A DNA stretch of 63,882 nucleotides, the filler included, from Octopus bimaculoides (Eukaryota), in assembly GCF_001194135.2 (NCBI RefSeq). It is 6 parts of 5 records of this genome, joined end to end, with 100 filler letters (N's around TTAATTAATTAA, not from the genome) between each part and the next. Parts side by side here need not be neighbours in the genome. Positions count along the whole stretch, not along the records: positions 1 to 16,889 come from NC_068989.1; 5 more parts are not named here. One strand, 5' to 3'. The first letter of the stretch is position 1. Each line of letters begins with the position of its first letter. Shown one piece after another: positions 1 to 11,400 of this stretch. The translations under genes and the position numbers were made by a program. The notes under the pieces are model-generated. The model searched no databases and was not told where the DNA came from. It saw nothing but the letters and a program-made list of their open reading frames with translations.

Positions 1-54
<54 letters not shown>

Positions 55-1268
55 TCATATATGTGTATACATATATACGTATATGTGTGTATGTATATGT
101 GTGTATATACATATATATATGTGTGTGTGTGTGTGTATACTATTTTATTTTACTATTTTAAAATGTTTCAGCTTTAAAGCTGCAGTCATGCTGGAGCACC
201 ACCGTTGACTGAGCTACACCATTACTTAGAACCTCCTGTCATATGTGGCATTTGATCAATGGGTGCTGCCCTCATCTGTGTTTCTTGCCATGAGGTAGGC
301 TCCTCTGGAACCCGTAATAGGAAGAGATCCAGTTTGTTTTGAAGACACCTACATCCACGCCATGCAGAAATCAACGATTGATTCTGTAGTTATTATTATC
401 AGTGTATTTTGACAATTCAGATAAGAGTTTTGACTGTTATTTCTAGCAGGTAGACATACTTGGTATGTCCTTTCATTAATTTCAATCCTTCAGTTATTTA
501 ATGCTCTTTGGGAGTGGGGGGCTGCAATCGCCTCTTTTATCGATTCTGTTATTATCATTTTTAAAGTGTTACGCTAGATAACAATGATATCTTTGCAGAT
601 TATTTTTTCCTTGTGAATTATTTGCTCTGTATTGAAATATATCCACATATATGTCGTCATCATCATCATCATTTAGCGTCTGTTGTCCATGCTGGTATGG
701 GTTGGATGGTTTGACTGGGTTGGCACACTGGAAAGCTGCTCCAGAATCCAGATTGATTTAGTATGGTTTCCTTCGGTTGGATTCCCTTCCTAACACCAAC
801 CACTCCAAGGGTATACTGGGTGCTTTGACATGCTACCGTCATATATATATATATATATATATAAATAAAAGACAAAATAGAGTGAAAAAACTACAGAAGC
901 TTGCTTGTGTTATATGTTTAAAGAATATATTTAAATCGTTGTTAGAAAAAAAATGTTGTAATCAGAGATTTTTACAGTATAAGGGAGATAATCAAAAATA
1001 TTGAGAACGACTAGGTTTTATTAATTTAACATGATTTCGTTTAGAAGGAATAGAATGTTACAAGTGGTTAGGTTTTGCTTTATATATTTTTTTCAATGAG
1101 GTAAGTTTTCTGATTTTAAAATGTTAGAAATGCTTAAGTTTTGGCTTATATTTTTCAATGAAGTCGGTTTCCCTATTTAATCTAATTCAGGTTTTCTGAA
1201 GCACAAGTAAAGTCAGATTTGATTTTGAATTTTTGTTCTTCTTTGAAAAGGAATTCTGATCCTTCTAG

Positions 1269-1664
1269 ATAATTAACCTGTCAACTAAACCTCTTTCAAG
1301 CACAAAAATAGACATCCTCTCAAAAGGGTTAAAATTCCCCCTGCTCCATGCAGAGCTAACCAAAATGAAGTGGAGGACAGTATAATAGAATTCTGTTGAA
1401 AATTAAGACTCACAGAAGCATTAACTAATTACAATAATGAAGATGACTCACTAGTCAAAAACAAGAGTGAGCACAAAGGAAGAAATAAAAATCTTGATGA
1501 ATTCTGCAACCACATTGAGAACCTACCCTACCACACCATGCATAAACAGACAGTTAACTCAAACTTCAGCACAACACAATGGAAGGAACTAACAGAACTT
1601 CAAAATAATGAAGATATTACAATTAAGGAAAGCAGATAAAGGAAGTGCAGTTGTAATAATGGAT
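1269..1664 (+). mobile_element. Penelope-like element RT N-terminal remnant (decayed)
   Basis: Translates IINLSTKPLSSTKIDILSKGLKFP...ELQNNEDITIK(frameshift)ADKGSAVVIMD, matching the PLE motifs INLS..L....LL.KGL.F and I.I..ADKG..VV.MD. Confidence 0.8.
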
Positions 1665-2219
1665 TTTTATCTCATTCTGTTAATTTTTTTATATATATGC
1701 ATGCTAATATATGACCTACGTTGAACTCCTCGTTCGCATAATCGCCAAACCTGGAGCTTAACTATAGTTTGTCCATAGCACTTACTCAACATTACCTGAC
1801 ACCTTTGAGTCTTCTTGGCACCATTACCTCTTATAACCTCAATATATATGTATGTGTGTGTGTATACACACACACCACCACCACCAACTCGGGCCCCCAC
1901 AATCTGTTTTCGGAAAATAAGGGCACAGTTATCTGCAGAATGGTGAGATTGATTTAAATGACATAAAAAAAACCTGAAATATAATCAATTACATTTTGTG
2001 TTTTCAGCAGTCAACATACAAACAAGCAAATAAACTTTACTTTTTATAAGGATAGAGATACGACATGATATAAATAAATATATATGTATGGATAGACAAA
2101 CAGACTGACAGGCAGATTGATAGACAGTTAGACAGACAGACAGATATACATACACATGTTTTTAATATACTTTTTACCTTATTATGACTAAAGAATTGTA
2201 ACTGTTGTTCTATTTCCAG

Positions 2220-2402
2220 GGTATCATTGTGGAGGCTTAAAAGGATGGAGTGGAATCTTCTTCTTCAAAGCAATGAAATCTGGTCAGAATTGGAGTCCTA
2301 AACTGGCAGTTTATGGAGATATGGGTAATGTAAATGGACGTTCTATTCCAAGACTCCAAGAAGGTGCACAGCGTGGATTCTTTGATGCTATTTTACATGT
2401 TG
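2220..2402 (+). CDS. ACP7: ACP7 exon (YHCGGLKGWSGIFFFKAMKSGQNWSPKLAVYGDMG...DAILHVG)
   Basis: Acceptor tttccag/ and donor /gtgaga; carries the GDxG metal-ligand motif; phase 1 at both ends. Confidence 0.93.
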
Positions 2403-5400
2403 GTGAGAAATTTTGTCAATTTTTTACATTGGTACACATCATGGGTCTACATAATTTGCAAACGGAAATGTTTCTCTTGAATCAACAAGTGTTTCTGAAG
2501 CCTGTTTCCAAGCTAAATCCAAATATGTTATTCATTTCCATCAATCATGACAGGATCTTTGTATAAACACTATTTTATGACTTTTCACAAGACAAATGTA
2601 GTTTTCCTTGGTTCTATGTCCTGATCTGACTTTAGAGCAACAGGCCAAAGTGTGAAAAATGCTTCATTATCACCTTTCCGTTGCATAAAGTATAATAGAA
2701 TTATGAAAATAACTGATTTTGTGCATAGATCGTTTAATTGTAGTAAAGTTTTCAGGCAGAAATGGAAATGTTTTTTTTTTTTGTCACTGATAGAGAAACT
2801 AGAAAAAGAGGCTGATGCTCATTCTGTTCTGTTGACTGAGAATCTTAAACAATGTAACCTTGACAACACCTGCCCCTTGAACTACAGTACAACTCATCAT
2901 TGCCAGCGGAGGGGATTAGAGTAATGTGAAATAAGTGTCTTGCTCAAGGACACAATGTGTTGCCAGAAACTGAACTCATGACCTTACATTGTCTGGAAAT
3001 ATAATAATCTGAGATACATTGTTGTTTATTTAGACATACTGTAGCTAGCTATAGGTGTGAGGGAGATTTGGTTGCTTTTTTTGGACAGTTGAATGACATC
3101 ATGTAGGCTATCATAAAACTCTGTGTGTGTGTATGTGTGTGTGTGTGTGTGTACGCATGCTCACTCATGTAAAAACTTTCCTCAATTATCAAAAGAAGAC
3201 TAAAGTTAGTTTTTCTTTTCTTTTTAGGTGATTTGGCATACAACATGGATACTGTAAGTGATTCTGCTCCAATCCTTCCGTTCTACTTTTCTCTCTCCAT
3301 AAGGTCCTTGAGAATTTTTGTGATTGTGAAGGTGGAGAGGGAAATATTGTTGCAATGACATGCTCAGCCTGGTTGAAAGAGGTTGCTCCAGATGTGTTTG
3401 CAGGTTATGGAAGGGTAGAGTTTGGGAGAAGTTAGTAGTTAGTGCAGGGTGGGGGTTTTCAATGATTGGTTTGGAGTGGTTATCCACCCCACCTCCTCCA
3501 TCCTTTCCCATACACATTCATGTCACTTTGGTATTTAGTTTGCTTTAATGTTCATACATTTGTCATCTTCCTGTTTACCTTAAGAATTTATAATTTCTCC
3601 TTGGAATGAGCATCTTGTGATAATACTCAAGAAGTCTTCACCACCATAACAGAATTAATATCCTAAAACCAAAGTGTCATGTAAAAAGCATTAGTGTGTG
3701 CTGATGCCACATAAAAAGCACCCATGACATTAATATGCAAATGGCTGAGTACTCCACAGACATACATACTTTTAACATAGTTTACAGGGAGATTCAGTGT
3801 GACACACAGAATGTGACAACACCTGCCCTTTGAACTACAGTACAACTCATCATTGCCAGCGGAGTGGATTAGAGTAATGTGAAATAAGTGTCTTGCTCAA
3901 GGACACAATGTGTTGCCAGAAACTGAACTCATGACCTTACAATTATCTGCTGAATACTCTAATCACTAAGCCATGTGCCTTCACAAGAAAATGTCCAAGC
4001 TTGCAAGACACATACTGACCCCTGTTCACCTGTATGAATATACAAAACTCTATATAAAACAATAACAGACATGTATAAACGCACATACACACATACCTTT
4101 CTAGGTTACTAATGTATTTAATTTTTTGAAAAGGATAATGCTCGAATGGGAGATGCTTTTATGCTCCAGATTGAACCGATTGCTGCCTATATCCCATATA
4201 TGGTATGTCCTGGTAACCACGAAGAAGCATAGTAAGTATGAAAAATTCATGTATAAAATATTCTAAAGAATTATGTCAAATAATTGTTTAACAGTTTCTT
4301 ATCACTAGTACTGCTATAGTGTTCAGAGATCACTAAAACTTTGTCTTTATGTCTAATTTAAGATCTAGACCTTCTCTAAGCTATAACAAGGGTAGGATTT
4401 TAACTGAACTCTGCAAGGTAACATACAGTGTTACCTCTGCTTACAATCATAAATATGCCTTATCAATAACCCCTATGGACTTAAAGTGTCTTGGTTAGAG
4501 ACACAATATTGGTGTTGATGTTGTTCATTTAAAATTTAGACATCTTGGCTGGTAGTTTGTTGTCCTATCGAATATGTGCAGTTCTCTGTGATTGTGTTTA
4601 GCCATCATTAAATCTATCACAACTGGAACTTTTCATTTCTCTAAACAACTCACAAAATTTTTAATTATCACTTCCATAAAGCTATGGAAGTCCCGCCTCA
4701 GTTACTCAACCTATTAAAGATATCAGCCAAACCTTTCTCAATTTAAATTCACTGTCTTCAAAATAGGAAGGCCACACTAAATAGTGTAGTCCTTGATATA
4801 CAAAACCGGTGAATGGACATAGCTGTAACAACCTTCCAGTTGCTCATTTTTTTGCTGTTTCCTTCAGATTATTTCCAAAAGATTATTATTATTATTATTA
4901 TAAATTAGAAACATTTATTCTTACTGTATCAATTTATCTTCTTCGTTTCTAGTAACTTCTCCAACTACAAGAGTAGATTTTCAATGCCAAAGAATGGAGA
5001 TGGAGAGAACATGTTTTATAGGTGTGTTATTTTTATTCTTCTTAATGTCTTCTAGTCTTGAGTAAGTTTGAGTACCTCCATGATACAGATCTGTTAACTA
5101 CGACATTTCAAAAGGACACCAAGTTGGTACAAATAATGAAGAAAGTAATATGTAGTCAGTTTAGATCATCATCATTTAACATCCGTTGCCCATGCTGGCA
5201 TGGGTTGGACAGTTTATTACGAAACTACTTAAGAGGCTCAGTCATTCTAAAAATTTAGCAGTTACAAATTATTTTCAAATTATATTGAAGACAACTTAAT
5301 TGTAAATAATTAAAATTAATGGTAATGAAGAAAGTAGAGCAAATGGGGTTTGTATTTGCTGTACCTACATAACGATAACATTTGGCTTTAATTTTGCTTT

Positions 5401-8400
5401 GTGAATTGATGATGTCATCAATTTGAACAACTGCAAGTTGAAAATGCAAGAGGAAAGTCCAAAAGGTGATGATTCTGGGAGGAGGGTTAGGGTTAGTAAA
5501 GAATGTAGGGGACACATATGTGGGAGAAATAGTTTTGAATGAGGTGAAATAATTTCTGGCTGTGAAGAGACAGTGTTCAGTGTTTGCAATATTGTTTGTG
5601 TTAAGGATTATGCATTCATGAGGAGGAATCCTGAGTGATGATACAGCCTAACATTTCTAGTGACGTTGAGGATTCAGGTTGATTGGATTGGGTAAGGTGG
5701 GCTGTGATAATGTATTCTTGATATGTGCTGTGAATGTGTCTTTGATGTACTGTTGAAGGAGACAATATAGTATGATCCTATTGTAGATGTTTTAGAGGTC
5801 CTTGTTCATGAAATCATTAATATTTCAGCCCCTAACAATCATTGACACTCAGCAAAGCTCAGATAAGGCCATAATGCAGCATTGCTTTCACATGTAGCAT
5901 AATACTGTCGCTGTATGCACAGTCATCCTTGGCTGTTTCTGGAGAAGAGCCACATGACTAATTGGCTGAAACCATTTACAATTTAGTTTCAACACACAGA
6001 TATGCTGTCTTTTCTCTCTTCCTTTTATCCCTTAACTCTAAAGCCTTCTGCTCCTTGCAACTAGCTAGGTTTATATGACCTCTACTCAGGCATTTTTAAC
6101 CCACACATGTCTCTCCTCCACTCATCATCCATATGTCCAATCCCCCCCCCCCCACTATCACTACACCCAGTTCTTCCCTCCCAGAACATTACCTTCTCAG
6201 GAATTTCCTTCTTGCTCATGTCTTTCTTGTAGGTGTTGACTTACAAAAATTTCAAGAGCTGCATTATTAGCATTGATCTCACCAGAGTAGATGATGAGGA
6301 AGGCACATTAAAGTGAAAACTAAACTCTGAGGGAACAGCTGTTGATGAAAGAAAGAGCCCTCATCAATACATGCTTTAAGGATTTGGCAGAAAGCTTGCA
6401 ATATGAAAGCTAGGTAAAGCTGATAGGAAGGGAGTTTTGTCAGGCAAAATATTCACAGTAGACATGGTTGGAAACTTTGCTGGTGTCGTCAAGAGCAACC
6501 ACAGTGTTTTGACGAAATTTCTCAAGGATGTGAGCTAACTGATGAGTAGAGAAAGAGAATAGGACTCTTCTAGATTTTACTTTTTGGATGTCATATTGGT
6601 TAGCTTTAAAGAGGGATTCAAAATGATGGAGAAGATTGTTGTTAATGGTTGTCTCTAGTACCTTTGAAATGCTGGCAATGAGTGTAATAAGACAGTAGTT
6701 GGCGTATTTCTTTGGAATGGGACACACTGTAAACTGATTCCTAAAATCTAATGACGAACTCTGATCAGGGCTAAAAATAAGAACTGCTTGTAGATTAGAC
6801 CTGTGGATTATAGTGTTACACCAAATTATCATAAAAGTAATTGTGAAGTTAGATTAATTCTAACTCACAAAATTGACTGTAAGCTTGTTTAATGTAATTC
6901 TCTTTTGCACAAGAGTTTAGTGTTGTTTGCAAGATCTAAAATGCACAACTTTTGGGTTAGGGATCTGTATCTTAAACCCTTTTGTGATGATATTCATGCC
7001 AGCATGGAAGGCGGATGTTAAACAAGGATGATGATGATGATAATTATTAATGATAAACATTCATGTATTTCAGGTCATTTTGAAAATATCAAGAATTTGG
7101 AGGGTGTTAATAAAATTGCATGTTTTTATTTATGGAAATAATGTATGAAGGCTGTTGTTTATAACAAAAGAATCTTACATAAAATTATAACTGAAAGTTT
7201 TCATTCAAATATAAATATTTTCAAGTCAGTTTGTCTTCTAGACTGAGAAGTGATTTACTTTAACGGGTGAATGAAATTTTCATTATTCTTCTCTTTACAG
7301 CTTCAACATTGGTCCAGCTCACATTATAAGTTTCAGTTCAGAAGTTTATTACTATTATGTTGACTATCACTATATGGATTACCAGTATTACTGGTTAAAG
7401 AAAGATCTGGAAGAAGCTAATCTCCCTAAAAACCGTGCCAAACGTCCATGGATTATAGCTATGGCTCATAAGCCAATGTACTGTTCTAATAATGATGATC
7501 CTTCCATGTGTAACAACAAAACCAATCCTGTAAGTAGAAAGTGCATTCAATACCTATATTTACTTCGAGCTAAGGAAAACAATACCAGTTCAATGATGGA
7601 GTATTCCAGCCAAAAAGCACTAAACTACTGCAATGTTTATCTTATTGATGCTTTTAGTAATATCCACCATACTAACATGATTAATAACTTGCAATATAAA
7701 CTTCCATCCCACCTTTAAAACTAAGATAATCTGATATCTTTTTAACCAATGGTGTATTCATTATATTAGCTGGATTAAACAAAGATATTTTTTTGAAAAC
7801 ATAATGTTACTTTTAATGTGTTATCACCTGCTTTATTTTTGTTATAAATTTAACCTGCTGCTAATCACCATCTTTTCTACAAGCTTATTGGTGATTTCAA
7901 ATGCTAGTTAGACCAAGTAATAAAAGATTTAACCAACGATCATATCAATGTAATTTTATTATTGCTCGTATTGTGTTACATGAGTGGACAAGATCCTTAA
8001 CTCTTAATGGCTTATCCATATAGATGTAAGTAGGTACTCTGAATATATAGTTAACAAAGCCACTGTGTTGTGTAATCAGATACAGAGAGAGAGCTGTTTC
8101 TCTTTTCTGTGCTAAACTGCTGTTTATAATGTTTAATATGATCAATGTTTTCATTTTTGACCATAAACAAAAGAACTTGCACCGCAAATTGTTTCAATGA
8201 ATTATAGCACTACCATTTGCCAAAATTATATTTTTCAAAGTTGTGCTACAGTCAATGCATTGACTACAATCTGGAATCAGTGAGATTCTCACTCTGTGGT
8301 TCATTATAGTTACAACAACAGCACAAAAGTGCTGTCTTAAGTTGTGTCTCAATTCCCTTTCTTTTGAAGTTGATATTCTTTTCTACTCTAGGCATAAGAC

Positions 8401-11400
8401 CTGAAATTTTTGGGGAAGGGGCCAGTCGATTAGATTGACCTCCCTCCCCCAGTATGCAACTGGTACTTAATTTATTGACCCTGGAAGGATGAAAGGTAAA
8501 GTTGACCTTGGCAGGATTTGAACTCAGAATGTAACGGCAGATGAAATGCCTCCTCCACCACCATCATCACTACAAGAACTGGAGACTGTTTCAGCTGAAG
8601 AATGGACAAAAATTCCTTTGGAAACAATTCAGACTTTTGAACGAGTCAATACCTTGTAGAATTCAAGCTGTAATTACTGGCAAAGGCGGTCTTACCCCAT
8701 ATTAAAATTAATTTGTTTGAAATTTTAAGGTGTTTCCATTATTTTGTCCAAACCCTTGTATGCATATTGATTGAGTTTCATTTTATGTCTTCCATTTATT
8801 GTCAGGTACGGATCGGCACCGCATTTGAACCTGAGAAAGGCTTGGAAGATCTTTTCTGTAATTATGGTGTAGATATTTATTTCTCAGCCCATGAACATTC
8901 ATATGAAAGAATTTTCCCCGTTTATGATTTTATGGTGAGTTTGGTTTCTATTATTAAACGATTGTTTGAGACAACTGAGACAGCGGAACATTTTGAAATA
9001 ATGATCTTTCCTTTCAATAACAGAGAAAAATCCAAATAAAGTCAACAGAGAATTTACTTCTAGTGTCACTATTTTATGTTTTCTCTTCAAGAGTGGGGTT
9101 AGTGTGAAGTGGCATGGCAGTCTCTCTAGTCTAAGAGAAAAGATAATGGAAGTGGTGGTGGGGGTGGGGGTGTTGAAATTGTGAGTTTCCAATGGGAATT
9201 ATCAATCTTAGACAAACTGTCCAAGGAAATAATGTAAAGAGGAGAATGACTAGAAAGATAAAGTGAAAGTACAGTGTGATAGACATAAATGAAATCCGAA
9301 GAGCAAAAGGGATGGTGAAGCAAAAAGTGCAAGTTAAGGCCCAACGCTTACACAGATATGAAAAGAGAAATAAATTTTATAGCTGAAACAAGATATTTAA
9401 AACTGATGTGAAGAAATTCTACTGAGTGTTAAGGAAACATTTGATCAAAATAAGACACACCTGATATGAAGGAAGTAGTGACATTTTGGAAAAGCTTATG
9501 GAGTGATAGAAAAGAATTCAACAAGGAAGCTGGTTGGGTTAGGAGAGAAGAAGAAAGAATGGCTGAGACAGAAGAACAAGGATAGAATATGACAGTGCAA
9601 GAACTAACTGAAGCTCTGTCTAAAGCTCATGAGTGGAAGTCTCCTAGACATGATAAAATGACAACTTTTAGCTGAATAACCTCTCATCATCACACCACCA
9701 GTCAATGGAATGTTTCTCGAATATCATCAGAAGTCCCAAAAAGACACCAAACTGGCTCATATTGGGGATAACATACCTACTCCTTAAAGTGACACGAGAA
9801 ACCCCAAAAAATACAGGCCAATCATTTGTTTGACCACCATGTACTAAATACTTACATCCATCCTCACCAATTTCTCAATCAAAACAATGTCTTTCCTCTT
9901 GAACAAAAAGAAAGCAAAAGAAACTCATACAGCTCCAAAGACCAGCAATTAATAAACTGTATGGTACTCGAGAACTGTTCATCAAAAAGACGAAATCTTA
10001 GCACAGTTATGGATTGACTATCGTAAGGCATTCAACAGTTTTGGTGCAGCTTAATAGAAAGAGTCAGTCAAATCTTTTATTTGAAAGTGGTTTTCTCGTT
10101 CATGTCCTATACATTTAAATGCTGTACAGTTTAAAAGCAGTTAGTATTGTTAGTTGACTTTTTTAAGCTTGCACTGATCTTGTCTGTCACCCACTCTCAT
10201 TTCTTAATTCATTGCTTGAGAGGGTTCCAGTGTAGCAATGAGAGACATGGAAACTTGTATCTGAAACAGAGGTTAATAGATTCAGTCCCTACTAAAGGGT
10301 ATGTATTTTATTAGAGAAATTACAAATTGAAATAAGGGTGCTGGTGAAACATAAGAATTGGGATGGTTCTTGCAGTGTGAGTTATTCTTGTAATAATTTT
10401 CACATCTTTGAGAAGCAAGTTAATTTCAGTGATATAGTGGAAATCTTGTGGAAATTAACGGGTTGTAGATTCAATTCTATCACAATGTACTGTGTTTGTG
10501 TGTGTGTGTGTGTGTGTGCGTGCACGTGCATACTTATATGCATGTGTGCCATTATCACCAAAGGGCTTTTTTATGGGGTTAAATGATGATGCTATTTTAT
10601 TTTCGTAGGTAAAGAATGGTTCCACAAAGAATCCTTACAAAAACCCTAAAGCAACGGTCCACATAGTGACTGGTTCTGCTGTGAGTATATTTAATTTCAT
10701 TTGTGTGTGTATGTGTGTGTGTGTGTGTACATGGTTGTTTTTGCAGACTTAAGACTGTTGCAGATTCCATTATGATATATGAAGGTGACAAATTGATGAG
10801 GATGGTGACACATTTGTAACACAGCAATCAGGCACACTCTCTCTCGCTTGAATAGAGGCTGGAATGAATATGAAAAAAGAGTACCAATATTCAGACCTCT
10901 CCATGTATCTATAACAGCATCCCTTATCTCCAAGTAAGAATGGGTGATGAATAAGGGAGAAAATATGAGATTGTCAGTACAACAGATGTGAGTGAGGGAT
11001 TGTAAAATATGTGTTTGCTCGTAAATGAAAGAATGATCTAATCTGACACTAATTACTGTACAACTGATGAATTGTTGCTTGATATGTTTGTGTCTTTTAT
11101 GTTTTGACAAAAATGATTTTGATCTCTCATCAGGGCAACGTTGAAGGTCAAGATCCATTTATGAAGATACCAGTGAACTACAGTGCATTTCAGAGCGATG
11201 ATTATGGTTACACTTTAACAACTATCCACAATAACACACACATTCATCTAGAGCAGGTTTCAGATGATAAGGTGAGTATAACAATATCTCCAGTTTGAAT
11301 CATCATCATCATCATTTAGCGTCTGCTTTCCATGCTGGCATGAGTTAGACAGTTTGACTGACACTGGTAAGCTGTCGGGCTACACCAGGTTCCAGCCTGA

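Noticed and set aside
6440-6832. 130-aa minus-strand ORF as a nested host gene in the ACP7 intron
   Set aside because: Matches degenerate LINE RT motifs; annotated as a TE.
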